Origin: Bdellovibrionales bacterium
GTDB taxonomy: Bacteria > Bdellovibrionota > Bdellovibrionia > Bdellovibrionales > JAUICD01
Reading direction: 5' to 3'
DNA length: 64,000 nt
Assembly (NCBI GenBank): GCA_965262715.1
Contig: OZ253553.1
Location: 64,001 to 128,000 of the forward strand
The notes under the pieces were generated by a model that was given only the letters and a program-made list of their open reading frames with translations, was not told the origin of the DNA and did no database searches. The position numbers and the translations under genes are program-made. Shown here in pieces: positions 51,080 to 61,751 of this stretch (the stretch's first letter is position 1; every line of letters starts with the position of its first letter).

Positions 51080-53284
51080 TTGGCATTTCATCCAAAAAGT
51101 CACTTAATTGCTGTTGTTGGAGGTAAAGGAGGCGTTGGGAAAAGTGTTGTAGCTGCTAATTTAGCTGTCACTATCACAAAAGACTTACATAAAAAATCTC
51201 TGTTGATTGATGCAGATGCCTTATCTTGTGGTGATCAAAATGTCATTTTAGGGATCCGCCCTCAAAAAATACTTTCTGAACTTACAAAATTCACAGGACA
51301 AGTCAATGCTCAAACTGCCCCTTCTCTTGTAACAAAACATAGCTCAGGTATAAGTTATGTTGGAGCTGTAAGGTTTCCAGAGGAAACACTTAAAGTTGAC
51401 CAAGGGTTGGTGGAAAGACCTTTAAACGCACTGAGTCATTTATTCCCATATACTGTTGTAGATTTAGGTTCTACAATGACATCACTTCAACAAGAGATAT
51501 TGCAAATGGCCAGCATTATATTGGTAGTCACTTCTCCAGAGATGTTAGCTGTCAACCAAACTTCTCGCTTGATTAGCGATTTTACAGCAGCTTCTATACC
51601 TGGAGATTTGATTTATGTTGTGGTCAACAAGATTTCTTCTACAGGATTTCTGCCTCCTCAATCTATTCAGAAGATATTAAAAACTCCTATTATAGGTACG
51701 CTAATTCAAGATGATAAACTAGCTTTTGCGGCTCTACAGAGAGGGATTCCTTTTGTAAGCCTGCAACCTACAGCCAATATCACTGCGTCTTATCATGAGA
51801 TAGTTCGTCGGGTTACAGGTGGTGGATTATTAGATAAGCTCAAAAATATATCAAAGCCAAGTAACATTTCTTTAAATGCCAGAGCAGTAAAAGCAGATGT
51901 TGCTATTAAAGGGGCAGCCTCTTCTGATGTGATGCAAGGAGGAAGTAATAAGCCTATAAGCCGCAGAAACCTTCTCAAGTTAAGTATTCATAGAGAACTT
52001 ATACAGGCCATGGATTTAAGAAAAGGCGAAGCAGATACTAAAGGAGATGCTGAGAAAGAAAAAGCCTTAAGAAATAAAACGCAAGCCATGATTTCAAAAA
52101 TTATAGATAAGGAGCATAAAAACACTTCACGTGGTGAAAGAAATATTCTTATAAAAGAGGTATTAGATGAAGCTCTTGGGCTGGGTGCCTTAGAAGAGCT
52201 CCTTGCAAATGATGATATCAGTGAAATCATGGTTAATGGACATGATCAAATATTTATAGAAAATAAAGGAAAACTTTCTTTAAGTAAAGTGACCTTCACC
52301 TCCAATTTTTATCTTAAAAAAGTTATAGAAAGAATTGTAACTCCTCTCGGTCGAAGAATCGACGAAACCTCTCCATATGTTGATGCTAGATTAAAAGATG
52401 GTAGTCGAGTCAATGCAATAATAGAACCTATTGCCATTGATGGACCTTCTATCACAATAAGAAAATTTTCTAAAAAACCATTTACCATCAACAATTATTT
52501 GCAATACAAATCTATCACAGAACCCATGATCAATTTTTTAAAAATCTGTGTTGAAAATGGAATGAATGTATTGATCTCTGGAGGTACAGGATCTGGTAAG
52601 ACCACTCTTCTTAACTCCTTATCTGGTTTTATTCCTGCAACAGAAAGAATTGTAACCATTGAAGATGCTGCTGAACTGCAACTGAAACAAGAACACGTGG
52701 TTCGTCTTGAGACAAGACCTGCTAACTTAGAAGGAACAGGCTCTGTAACTATTAGAGATTTAGTCAAAAACAGCTTAAGAATGCGCCCAGACCGTATCAT
52801 TGTGGGAGAATGTCGTGGAGGTGAAGCTTTAGACATGCTTCAAGCAATGAATACAGGACATGATGGTTCTATGACCACAGTACATGCTAATAATCCTACA
52901 GAAGCTATAGGACGTGTAGAAACTCTGTGTTTAATGTCGGGCATGGATCTTCCAGCAACAGCCATTCGAAAACAAATTGCCAGTGCAGTTCATCTTATTG
53001 TGCAAATATCCCGATTATCTGATGGCAGTCGAAAAATCAAAAGTATTACTGAAGTGGTAGGTATGTCAGGAGAAAATGTCACATTAACAGAAATTTTCCG
53101 ATTTAAAGAGGAAGGTTTCGATAAAAATAGAAAAATCATAGGTGTATTTCAACCTCTAGGAAGAATTCCTACATTTATCGAGGAATTTGAAAAACGTGGT
53201 ATCAAAATACCACGTACTCTTTTTACTGGAGGTTCCAATCAAAAAAGCTCAACACCTACTACTACTAACAAAAGGGCAAGTTAA
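51080..53284 (+). CDS. cpaF: Tad pilus ATPase, CpaE(MinD-like)-CpaF fusion
   Basis: N-terminal GGKGGVGKS; C-terminal SGGTGSGKTT, LRMRPDRIIVGECRG, AMNTGHDG. Confidence 0.92.
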   Translation: MAFHPKSHLIAVVGGKGGVGKSVVAANLAVTITKDLHKKSLLIDADALSCGDQNVILGIRPQKILSELTKFTGQVNAQTAPSLVTKHSSGISYVGAVRFPEETLKVDQGLVERPLNALSHLFPYTVVDLGSTMTSLQQEILQMASIILVVTSPEMLAVNQTSRLISDFTAASIPGDLIYVVVNKISSTGFLPPQSIQKILKTPIIGTLIQDDKLAFAALQRGIPFVSLQPTANITASYHEIVRRVTGGGLLDKLKNISKPSNISLNARAVKADVAIKGAASSDVMQGGSNKPISRRNLLKLSIHRELIQAMDLRKGEADTKGDAEKEKALRNKTQAMISKIIDKEHKNTSRGERNILIKEVLDEALGLGALEELLANDDISEIMVNGHDQIFIENKGKLSLSKVTFTSNFYLKKVIERIVTPLGRRIDETSPYVDARLKDGSRVNAIIEPIAIDGPSITIRKFSKKPFTINNYLQYKSITEPMINFLKICVENGMNVLISGGTGSGKTTLLNSLSGFIPATERIVTIEDAAELQLKQEHVVRLETRPANLEGTGSVTIRDLVKNSLRMRPDRIIVGECRGGEALDMLQAMNTGHDGSMTTVHANNPTEAIGRVETLCLMSGMDLPATAIRKQIASAVHLIVQISRLSDGSRKIKSITEVVGMSGENVTLTEIFRFKEEGFDKNRKIIGVFQPLGRIPTFIEEFEKRGIKIPRTLFTGGSNQKSSTPTTTNKRAS

Positions 53285-53286
53285 AG

Positions 53287-54162
53287 ATGTTCATACTAAT
53301 GGAACCCATTATTTTTTACCCCATTATAGGAGCACTTAGCGCTTTTGCCTCTTATGCTTACTGGGACAGGATTGTAGTATGGTTTCATGACAAAAGTCTA
53401 GGGAACAGACAGTTCGTTTTAGAAAAATTAGAAACTATGTTCGTTGAAACAGATTCTAAAAAAGTGACATTAACAATGATTACTATCAGTTTTGGCCCAG
53501 GATTTTTAATTTTTTTCATTTTGTTGCCGAACCTTATATTGGGGATGATTTTTGGCGGTATTGTAACGATCTTAGGGTGGCAAGTTCCTAAGTATGTCAT
53601 ACAATACCTCTTTAAAAAAAGATCAGCTCTTTTTGTAACCCAAATGGTAGATGGTTTAACTCTTTTAGCAAATGGTGTAAGAAGTGGACTGACTGTTCCA
53701 CAATCAATGGAACGTGTTGTAGAAAACTTACCTGCTCCTATTAACCAAGAGTTTGGATTGGTTTTATCGCAGATGAGATTAGGTTTGAGTTTAGAAGAAG
53801 CCTTGAACAATTTGGGAGAAAGAATTCCTATGCCTGATGTTCAAATGTTTGTAACAACGGTGAATATTTTAAAAGAAACAGGTGGAGATATGTCAGAGAC
53901 ATTTTCTATTATTGTAGAGACAATCCGTGAACGACAAAAAGTTCAAAAGAAGATTGAAGCACTTACTGCACAAGGACTTATGCAAGGAATAATTATGTCA
54001 TTGGTTCCATTTGTTTTAATGGTAGGATTTCTTATTTTTGATCGAGATTACGTAATGCCTATGTTTTCAACAACCCTTGGTCTTATTATGCTTTTTATTA
54101 TGCTGATACTGCAAGTTATTGGAGGAGTTGTTATAAAAAGAGTTGTAACTATTAAAGTATAA
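53287..54162 (+). CDS. tadB: Tad pilus platform protein TadB
   Basis: T2SS-F-like; ETGGDMSE...IRER; follows cpaF. Confidence 0.9.
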   Translation: MFILMEPIIFYPIIGALSAFASYAYWDRIVVWFHDKSLGNRQFVLEKLETMFVETDSKKVTLTMITISFGPGFLIFFILLPNLILGMIFGGIVTILGWQVPKYVIQYLFKKRSALFVTQMVDGLTLLANGVRSGLTVPQSMERVVENLPAPINQEFGLVLSQMRLGLSLEEALNNLGERIPMPDVQMFVTTVNILKETGGDMSETFSIIVETIRERQKVQKKIEALTAQGLMQGIIMSLVPFVLMVGFLIFDRDYVMPMFSTTLGLIMLFIMLILQVIGGVVIKRVVTIKV

Positions 54163-54202
54163 AAAATTTTTTGTTTATTTAAGGATTGTACTTAATAAAA
54201 AG

Positions 54203-55825
54203 GTGATTACTATGAAAAAGTATATTTTATTCATAATTATTTTTCCATCAATAAGCTACAGCTCTGTAGATATGAGGCTGGCAAACTATTTTGATTCATG
54301 GACAGATTTAGAAATTCCAGGAACAGGTTATAATTTAAGAGTGACAAGGACTTATAATAGCCGATCTTTATTTAATGGGATGTTTGGATTTGGCTGGTGT
54401 TCTGCTTTTGAAACAAAATTTGAAACGCAGGCTGATGGAAGCATCAAGCTTAAAGAGTGTGGTGATGGCCGTACAACACTTTATGTGCTTAAAAACTTTT
54501 CTGGTCGAAACACAAATAAGGCTGTAGGTCAAATCATTAGTAAAGTGAGAAAAAGCAGATCATTACCTCAGGCACAGGTTAAAAAATTACGAGCGCAACT
54601 CTTATCAAATTCTCAAATGCGACAGAATTACGCAAGACGATACAAGGTTTCATCTCGGATCCAGCAAGGAAAGATCTATTATGCTCTAGGAAATTCAATT
54701 GAAACACTTGTGCAAAAGGGAGCTTATTATGAAAGGGTTCTACCAGATGGAACAAAACAGAGGTTTAATAAACAAGGTCGACTTGTCTATCTTTACGATG
54801 CAAATGGAAATTATATTCAACTACTTTATAAAAACTCTTTAATCACTATCATTAAAGATAACACAAATAGACAACTTGCTCTAACTTATGGTTCAAACCA
54901 AAAGATACATTCAATAAGAGGTCCTGGTCGAGTAAAAGTTAGTTATAAATATGCTAATAACAATTTAATTGGTGTCTCCTCTGCATGGGGTAATCGTTAT
55001 ACGTATCAATATGATAGACTTCATAATCTCGTAAGAACAACTTACCCTGATAAAACATTTAAAAAGATTACCTATAATGCAAATAAGGATTGGGTAACAA
55101 GTTTTAAAGGTAGGACAGGTTGTTTAGAAACTTATAAGTATGGCTTTTCACCTAAAAACCCTAAAAATCACTATTGGGCAGATGTGGTTAAGCAATGTAA
55201 GAAAAAGATTGTTACAAAAGCTCGTTTTGAATATTGGTACGAATCTCGTAAATTAACAGCAGGTAAGTTTTTAGCAAGGACTCGTTTCAAAATCAATGAT
55301 GATACAAATGATATCTTTTATTCTGAAAAGTTTGCTCGTCCTATAAAAAACGTGTTTAATGGACAACCTACAGTTTTTGCATATTATCCAAATGGACTTC
55401 TGAAAACACGTAAGTTTGGTAATCAGCTTGTCGCTTTTAAATATAACCCAAAATTTGGTAAACCCTCAGAGGTTACAGTTGGAAAAGACAAGACAGTATT
55501 TTCTTATGATAAAAAAGGAAATATGGTGGTTGCTAGAAGTACAAGTGGACAAAGAGTGAACTTAGTTTATGATAAAAAAGGACGTATTCTCTCTCTTTCT
55601 GATCAAGCAAAACGCCAAGTGAAAATTAGATATGATGAACGTTTTGGAAAACCTAAAAGAATAGAACGTCCTGGAGTAGGCACTCTACATATTGCCTACC
55701 TCCCCAACGGAGAAATCAAGGCTGTTAAAAATACAGGAGGGCCCATTGTGGCAAGACAAGTTGCCTCTACATTCAATAATCTACTAGATGTAGTCTCTCC
55801 TGCAGGTATTGAATTAAACTTGTAA
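54203..55825 (+). CDS. RHS/YD-repeat periplasmic protein (Bd0109-like)
   Basis: RTYNSRS...GMFGFGW (DUF6531-like), YD repeats, no toxin tail. Confidence 0.82.
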   Translation: MITMKKYILFIIIFPSISYSSVDMRLANYFDSWTDLEIPGTGYNLRVTRTYNSRSLFNGMFGFGWCSAFETKFETQADGSIKLKECGDGRTTLYVLKNFSGRNTNKAVGQIISKVRKSRSLPQAQVKKLRAQLLSNSQMRQNYARRYKVSSRIQQGKIYYALGNSIETLVQKGAYYERVLPDGTKQRFNKQGRLVYLYDANGNYIQLLYKNSLITIIKDNTNRQLALTYGSNQKIHSIRGPGRVKVSYKYANNNLIGVSSAWGNRYTYQYDRLHNLVRTTYPDKTFKKITYNANKDWVTSFKGRTGCLETYKYGFSPKNPKNHYWADVVKQCKKKIVTKARFEYWYESRKLTAGKFLARTRFKINDDTNDIFYSEKFARPIKNVFNGQPTVFAYYPNGLLKTRKFGNQLVAFKYNPKFGKPSEVTVGKDKTVFSYDKKGNMVVARSTSGQRVNLVYDKKGRILSLSDQAKRQVKIRYDERFGKPKRIERPGVGTLHIAYLPNGEIKAVKNTGGPIVARQVASTFNNLLDVVSPAGIELNL

Positions 55826-55897
55826 TGAGGTACTTTATAGTTAAAAAGTTATTATAATTAAGGATTAAGTTTAGGAATCAAAAAACGAGGAGTATTT

Positions 55898-56128
55898 GTG
55901 AGATTATTTTTATTATTATTTATTATTTTCAGTTTTAATCTTTTGTCCTCTCAAGGGTTTGCCCAAGAGCAATCAAATGATGGTAGAGAGCAAAGAAGTG
56001 AGTCTGATACTTCTGCTCAGTCAGAAGGAGACTGTAACAGTATAGACGATATTGAATTGGGCACTGCTACAGCAGCTCTCTCTAATGGACCTTCTAATAA
56101 TACACAAGGACAAGGAAGAATCGATTGA
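55898..56128 (+). CDS. Small secreted disordered protein, positional Bd0108 (hit) equivalent
   Basis: GAGGAG RBS, signal peptide ending GFA, polar low-complexity mature part; synteny. Confidence 0.6.
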   Translation: MRLFLLLFIIFSFNLLSSQGFAQEQSNDGREQRSESDTSAQSEGDCNSIDDIELGTATAALSNGPSNNTQGQGRID

Positions 56129-56159
56129 TGATATTTTTATCATTATACAAAAGTTTTAA

Positions 56160-56609
56160 CTAACTTTTAGATGTTGAATTTTTAAGTTCTTCAAAAACAT
56201 CATCTTGTAGACTCATCATTTCTTCTGCTTTTTGTGGATCTGATTCATGCTCATAACCTAAAAGATGTAAAATACCATGTAAGATAAGATATCCCACTTC
56301 ATCAATAAAACCATGTTGGTTCCTATCAGCCTGTATTTGAACAACCTGTACAGCAAGAACAATTTCACCTAATGATGTGGGTTCTATTGGGTGAAAACTA
56401 AGCACATCAGTTGATCGATCCTTAAGACGAAATTCTTTATTGAGCTTATGAACCTCTTTCTCGTCTTTAAAAACAACAGTAAGGCTTTTTATTGATGGAG
56501 ATAGCATAATCTTCCTCTTTATTAAAAGATGAAGAATTTGATTTACCAAAGAGATAATTTTATCATCTTTAACGACAACCGGTGAATGATTGAGTATATT
56601 TATGTCCAT
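56160..56609 (-). CDS. ybeY: rRNA maturation endoribonuclease YbeY
   Basis: TDVLSF, HGILHLLGYEH. Confidence 0.95.
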   Translation of the reverse strand: MDINILNHSPVVVKDDKIISLVNQILHLLIKRKIMLSPSIKSLTVVFKDEKEVHKLNKEFRLKDRSTDVLSFHPIEPTSLGEIVLAVQVVQIQADRNQHGFIDEVGYLILHGILHLLGYEHESDPQKAEEMMSLQDDVFEELKNSTSKS

Positions 56610-56836
56610 AAAACTTTTACCATATTTCCTTAAAACTTATGGTTGGTGCCAACAATAGATTTAACATTTTATCCAAAGTTTTCGACGTTAAAAAAAGAAT
56701 CTGCCTTGACTTAACCTTTAAAAAGGTTGTACTAGTAAACCATATTTTAGTAAACAGGGGCTTACAAAACTTATCTTCTTAAAATTTGTTTTTCTAAAAT
56801 ATAACGCAAACTGTAAAATCATCAAGGAAGGTTTTT

Positions 56837-57712
56837 ATGGCGAGTTTAAAAGACTTTAGAGATAAAATTGCTAGTACACAAAAGACAAAGCAGACGACCA
56901 AAGCAATGAAGATGGTTTCTGCTGCGAAGCTCCGTCGCTCTCAAGAAAACATCTTCAATGCGCGCCCTTATGCTAAAAAGCTTTTAGATGTAATATACAG
57001 AATGGCTATGAATACGACTATTTCTCACCCATTTTTGAAAAGAGATCATGCTTCTCATGAAAAGCCAAAATTATTGCTTGTTATAGTCACTAGTGATAGA
57101 GGGCTTTGTGGCGGATTTAATAACGCTATATGTAAATACACAGAAAAATTCTTAAAAGAAGAAAAAGACAGCTATGAAAAGATTGATTTTATTTTCATTG
57201 GCCGTAAAGGTGCTAATTACTTTAAGCGAAAGGGCTTTACTTCTCAAAAAGACATCTTAAATTTAGCTAGAAATATAAATTACCAACTAGCTGCTGACAT
57301 TTCTGAAAACATCTTAGAAGCATATTCTAGTCAGGAGTACACTCAAGTCCATTTGATCTACAATGAATTTAAGTCAGCCTTAGCTCAAGATGTTGTTGAT
57401 GAACAAATTCTACCAGTTCAAAAAGAAGATGTTGAAGATACCCATCAAAGTTTTTCAGGAGATTTCATTTTCGAACCCAAAATAGAGGATATTTTAGACA
57501 CTTTATTAAAAAAACATTTTGCGATTCAAATTTATCGATGCCTGCAAGAAAGTGTCGCTTCTGAACATGGAGCTCGAATGAGCGCAATGGAAAATGCCAC
57601 TAAAAATGCTGGAGAAGTAATATCCAGGCTATCTTTAGAGTATAACAAGGCTAGGCAAGCGAAAATCACAACAGAGCTTATTGAAATCACTAGTGGTGCA
57701 AATGCTTTATAA
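56837..57712 (+). CDS. atpG: ATP synthase F1 gamma subunit
   Basis: TKAMKMVSAAKL, SDRGLCGGFN, YNKARQAKITTELIEI. Confidence 0.97.
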   Translation: MASLKDFRDKIASTQKTKQTTKAMKMVSAAKLRRSQENIFNARPYAKKLLDVIYRMAMNTTISHPFLKRDHASHEKPKLLLVIVTSDRGLCGGFNNAICKYTEKFLKEEKDSYEKIDFIFIGRKGANYFKRKGFTSQKDILNLARNINYQLAADISENILEAYSSQEYTQVHLIYNEFKSALAQDVVDEQILPVQKEDVEDTHQSFSGDFIFEPKIEDILDTLLKKHFAIQIYRCLQESVASEHGARMSAMENATKNAGEVISRLSLEYNKARQAKITTELIEITSGANAL

Positions 57713-58645
57713 GGCTTCTTGTCTAGTTGATGGTACAGAAGCATTTGCAAGTATTTGTATGTCATCCAGTACGCTTAAAAAATTGGAAGCTATTTGTATT
57801 AATGTAGAAGGCCTAATAATATCCTCTGGTAATAAAGCATTATCCTCAAGTATTGTGATACCTCTGTTAGAAAAAAGCTCATTTAAAAGAATATTATTAA
57901 GATTTGGATCGTCTATTATAGCTCTGAGTACAACATTAGTATTTGCATTCATAATAGCAAGGTTTCTTTCCTCATGACCTAAGCTAAGATCGCAATGACC
58001 TAATTGATGAAATAAAGTAATGTATTTATTTATATCTCTTAACGCCGATCTGTATTCATCAGAGAATCTTTCTGCTACTGACCTTACATATCTTTCTCTA
58101 AACCGGGCTTTTTCTTCTTCATCAGACATGCTTTTATAGTCTAGCCATAACTCTCTGAATGCATCTGGTAATTGATTTATTACCCCATTAGAATAATCAT
58201 CTAATAAGGAAAACATGCTATCTATTTCTGATGGAAGAGGGTTAAACCAAGCATTTTCTTCTATAAATATAAAATTAAAACCTGGAAAACTCACTCCGCT
58301 TCTTATTCGATCTTCATGATCTACTGGAAGTTTTGATCTGTCATAAAAAAAGATTCTAATATGAGGATTTATAGGTGAGCTTTTTGCAGCTTCATATTCT
58401 GCAATATAAGGTAGAAAGTCATCATGAGTTTCCCTTTGTTGTAAGTTTCTTATTAAATCTGAGTATTCTATAAGTAGACTTCTCATAGTTGGTAGAACAA
58501 ATCTCCAGCTAGGATATTGGGAATAGTGTTGGATGATTGGTTCTAAATGTGTATCGTCTGGATAAGGCTGCTGAGCTGATGCGCTTTCCAACAATCCTAG
58601 GGTGGTAAAAAGACAAAAATAAATCAATGAGTTTTTGTATAACAA
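57707..58645 (-). CDS. Secreted hypothetical protein with degenerate zinc motif
   Basis: Signal peptide; HQLGHCDLSLGH...IM. Confidence 0.6.
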   Translation of the reverse strand: MLYKNSLIYFCLFTTLGLLESASAQQPYPDDTHLEPIIQHYSQYPSWRFVLPTMRSLLIEYSDLIRNLQQRETHDDFLPYIAEYEAAKSSPINPHIRIFFYDRSKLPVDHEDRIRSGVSFPGFNFIFIEENAWFNPLPSEIDSMFSLLDDYSNGVINQLPDAFRELWLDYKSMSDEEEKARFRERYVRSVAERFSDEYRSALRDINKYITLFHQLGHCDLSLGHEERNLAIMNANTNVVLRAIIDDPNLNNILLNELFSNRGITILEDNALLPEDIIRPSTLIQIASNFLSVLDDIQILANASVPSTRQEAL

Positions 58646-58826
58646 CTTTGCAGTCCTAAAAATTTGTATCTATGTAAGGGGATCTTTTAGAGGTCATTGA
58701 TTGTAAATTTAATTTACTCTTAATATAGTATAGCATTATTTAATGACAATCATGTCAATGATTTATATTGACATCCTTTTCTAAAAATATATTTGATATA
58801 AAAAAAAGCAGTTTAGTTTAAGAAAG

Positions 58827-59615
58827 GTGGTTTTAAAAATGAATAGAAATTCTGCATTGATTACGGGGGCTACAAGTGGTTTTGGCAGAGCCACTGCCTG
58901 TCTTTTAGCTCAGAAGAAATATAATCTTTTTATTACAGGACGTAGACAAAAAAGACTTAAGGACTTAAGTCAAGAGCTTTCTAAGAAACATAACATAGAG
59001 TGCACACCTCTTTGCTTTGATGTGTCTTCTCGAGAACAATCAGAATCTACGGTGAAAGATCACAAAGATCAACTCAATGGATTAAATGTATTGGTTAATA
59101 ATGCAGGGCTTGCTTGTGGAGTAGAGAAAGTGGATGAAGCCCATCTGGACGATTGGGATGTTATGGTCAACACCAATATTTTGGGCTTGATGTATATGAC
59201 ACGTCTTCTATTGCCATTCTTAAAAAAGTCGAGCTGGGGACATATTGTCAATGTAGGAAGTGTAGCAGGTCGTTGGAGTTATCCTGGAGGTTCAGTATAC
59301 TGTGCAACTAAGTTTGCAGTTCGAGGATTCAGTGAGTGTATACGTTGGGATTTAGATGGCTCTCGTATTCGTGTCACCAATATTGAGCCTGGGAGAGCGG
59401 AGACAGAGTTTAGTTTAACTCGTTATAAAGGTGATGTAGAAAAGGCCCGCAGTATTTACAAAGATAACCATCCTATTACAAGTGAAGATATTGCAGAGAC
59501 TATTTTGTGGTGTTTAAATCGTCCTCAACATGTAAACATTCAAGAAATCGTGATTTTTCCTACTGATCAACCAGGAGTTCCTGCTCTTTCTAAAGCAGTA
59601 AATAAAAAAACCTAA
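58827..59615 (+). CDS. SDR oxidoreductase, YdfG-like
   Basis: TGATSGFG, NNAG, YCATK, PQHVNI. Confidence 0.9.
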   Translation: MVLKMNRNSALITGATSGFGRATACLLAQKKYNLFITGRRQKRLKDLSQELSKKHNIECTPLCFDVSSREQSESTVKDHKDQLNGLNVLVNNAGLACGVEKVDEAHLDDWDVMVNTNILGLMYMTRLLLPFLKKSSWGHIVNVGSVAGRWSYPGGSVYCATKFAVRGFSECIRWDLDGSRIRVTNIEPGRAETEFSLTRYKGDVEKARSIYKDNHPITSEDIAETILWCLNRPQHVNIQEIVIFPTDQPGVPALSKAVNKKT

Positions 59616-59733
59616 ACCAAGTCGTTTATCAAAAATTACCTTAAAGAGTCTAAGTTTTATTGGAAATAAAAAAGAAAAATCATCTGTGCTAAAATATGGA
59701 TAAAAAAACAAATATTTGAATTTACAATAACTT

Positions 59734-60483
59734 ATGGATAACGCATCTATTTTAATCAAAAGAAGGCCTTACATTCGATCAATGAAGTTGCACGTTATTT
59801 CCAGTGGAACTATTATTTGTCATGCCAATCAAAGCGCAAAAATATCTGATATCAATACCTTCGTATCTTCCAATAATATATGGATACAAAAACAAATGAA
59901 TAAATTAAAAAATTTAGCTAAAAAGTATCCTAATATATATTGGCATCCAAATATCCAAGTACCTTTTTTGGGACAATTCAAACCTTTAAAGACTTCTTTT
60001 GGAAGTTCTAAGAAAATTGTAGTTCACAAAGATATTATTGAAATTCATTTACCTCATTCTAAGGTTTCACAAACAGAATGGTCAGAGATTTTTAAGCAAC
60101 ATTATAAAAAATTAGGAATACATTTATTGCAATTAAGATTAAAAAGATGGTCTGATAAGATGTCTTTATTTCCTCAAAAAGTGACATTTAGAAAATATAA
60201 ATCTCAATGGGGAAGTTGCTCTCAAGATGGAAGTATTTGCTTAAACTGGAAACTTATTATAGCACATCCTTGTGTTATAGATTATGTGATTATTCATGAG
60301 CTATCTCATTTGAAACATCATAATCATTCTAAATTATTCTGGAATCTCGTTGATAAATATTCTGATCGGACCAAGGAGTGTCGCAAGTGGTTGAAAAACA
60401 ATCAATTTGCATTTGACTTTTTAGAGGATACCCCTGAACTTCATGCATCACCTTACTACAAATCCTCTGATAAAAATTTGTAA
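59734..60483 (+). CDS. YgjP/DUF45 (M48-like) metal-dependent hydrolase
   Basis: SQWGSCS, DYVIIHELSHLKHHNHS..FW. Confidence 0.9.
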   Translation: MDNASILIKRRPYIRSMKLHVISSGTIICHANQSAKISDINTFVSSNNIWIQKQMNKLKNLAKKYPNIYWHPNIQVPFLGQFKPLKTSFGSSKKIVVHKDIIEIHLPHSKVSQTEWSEIFKQHYKKLGIHLLQLRLKRWSDKMSLFPQKVTFRKYKSQWGSCSQDGSICLNWKLIIAHPCVIDYVIIHELSHLKHHNHSKLFWNLVDKYSDRTKECRKWLKNNQFAFDFLEDTPELHASPYYKSSDKNL

Positions 60484-60818
60484 ACTTTTTTTATGACTCA
60501 ATTTTTATCAGACAGAATTCATGTATTCAACGACTTTATTGCATAAACATCGGTTGTAATTTCTTATATATACTCATTGGTCATTAAGTATTTGTGCAAC
60601 AAGACCATATTCAAACATAGTAATGGCTTAGGCCTGAATTTTTCTCATATTTAAGGCCTTCTATAGCTTACAGACTTGACTTACTATTTTAATCAAGTTA
60701 TAAATTCAATATCATAATGTCAAAATATCAAGTGAATATAAAAAATTTCAATACAATACAATTATGCGAATATTCATTCATATCTTTCTAAATCATCTTA
60801 AGTCTTATAGGTAAAGAC

Positions 60819-61745
60819 ATGTTTTTAAAAAGTAAAAACTCATCTAACACATCTAAAAAATCTTCTGACTTATCTTTTTCTGAAGATTTTTTAAAGCAAG
60901 TAAGATTATTAGAAATCAATACTAAAAGGATTGTGAGCTCATTATTTGCTGGAGAATACCAAACAGCATTTAAAGGGCAAGGGATGACCTTTGCTGAGTT
61001 TAGAGAATATGTCCCAGGAGATGATGTTCGTCATATCAGTTGGAGCCTTACAGCTAAAACAGGCAAGCCATATATTAAAACTTATGATGAAGAAAGAGAG
61101 CTAACTATGATATTAGTTATAGATGTGAGTGGTTCATCCGACTATGGGACTGGTTTTTATCTCAAAAAAGACATTATTACACAGCTTTCTGCTCTTCTTG
61201 CCTTTACGGCTATCAAAAATAAAGACCGTGTTGGGTTGCTTCTATTTTCAAACCAAGTAGAACACTTTGTACCTCCTAAAAAGAATCGCAAGTCAATTTA
61301 TCGAATTTTACATGACATTCTTTACTTTAAGCCTCAAAAAAAAGGAACTCATCTGACAGAATGTTTTGAGCATTTAATGAATGTCTTGAAAAAAAAATCA
61401 TCCTTATTTATTTTCTCTGATTTTTTAGATAAAGGCTTTGAAAAAAGCCTACGCCAATTAGCTCAAAAACATGATGTGGTAGCTTTACAAATAACAGATC
61501 CAACAGAAATAAACCTACCTCGAACAGGAATTACTCACCTACAAGACCCTGAAACAGATCAAGTGATCACAGTAGATACATCTGATCCTATTGTAAGGAG
61601 AACCTATCACAAGGAAGCTTTAAGCTTCAAAAACACACAATTAAAAACTCTTAAGCAAGCTAAAGTTGACGTGGTAGAAATCATTTCAGACAAAGATTTT
61701 GTTGCTCCATTAGTTGCTTATTTCAAAAGGAGATATAGGAGATAG
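60819..61745 (+). CDS. DUF58 protein (MoxR-associated)
   Basis: GQGMTFAEFREYVPGDDVRHISW, DVSGS, SDF. Confidence 0.92.
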   Translation: MFLKSKNSSNTSKKSSDLSFSEDFLKQVRLLEINTKRIVSSLFAGEYQTAFKGQGMTFAEFREYVPGDDVRHISWSLTAKTGKPYIKTYDEERELTMILVIDVSGSSDYGTGFYLKKDIITQLSALLAFTAIKNKDRVGLLLFSNQVEHFVPPKKNRKSIYRILHDILYFKPQKKGTHLTECFEHLMNVLKKKSSLFIFSDFLDKGFEKSLRQLAQKHDVVALQITDPTEINLPRTGITHLQDPETDQVITVDTSDPIVRRTYHKEALSFKNTQLKTLKQAKVDVVEIISDKDFVAPLVAYFKRRYRR

Positions 61746-61751
61746 AAATAT

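Noticed and set aside
51793..53810. Minus-strand ORFs within cpaF/tadB
   Set aside because: Antisense to well-supported genes
54203..55825. RHS polymorphic toxin
   Set aside because: No DPxG cleavage motif, toxin tail or immunity gene; context is the Tad pilus
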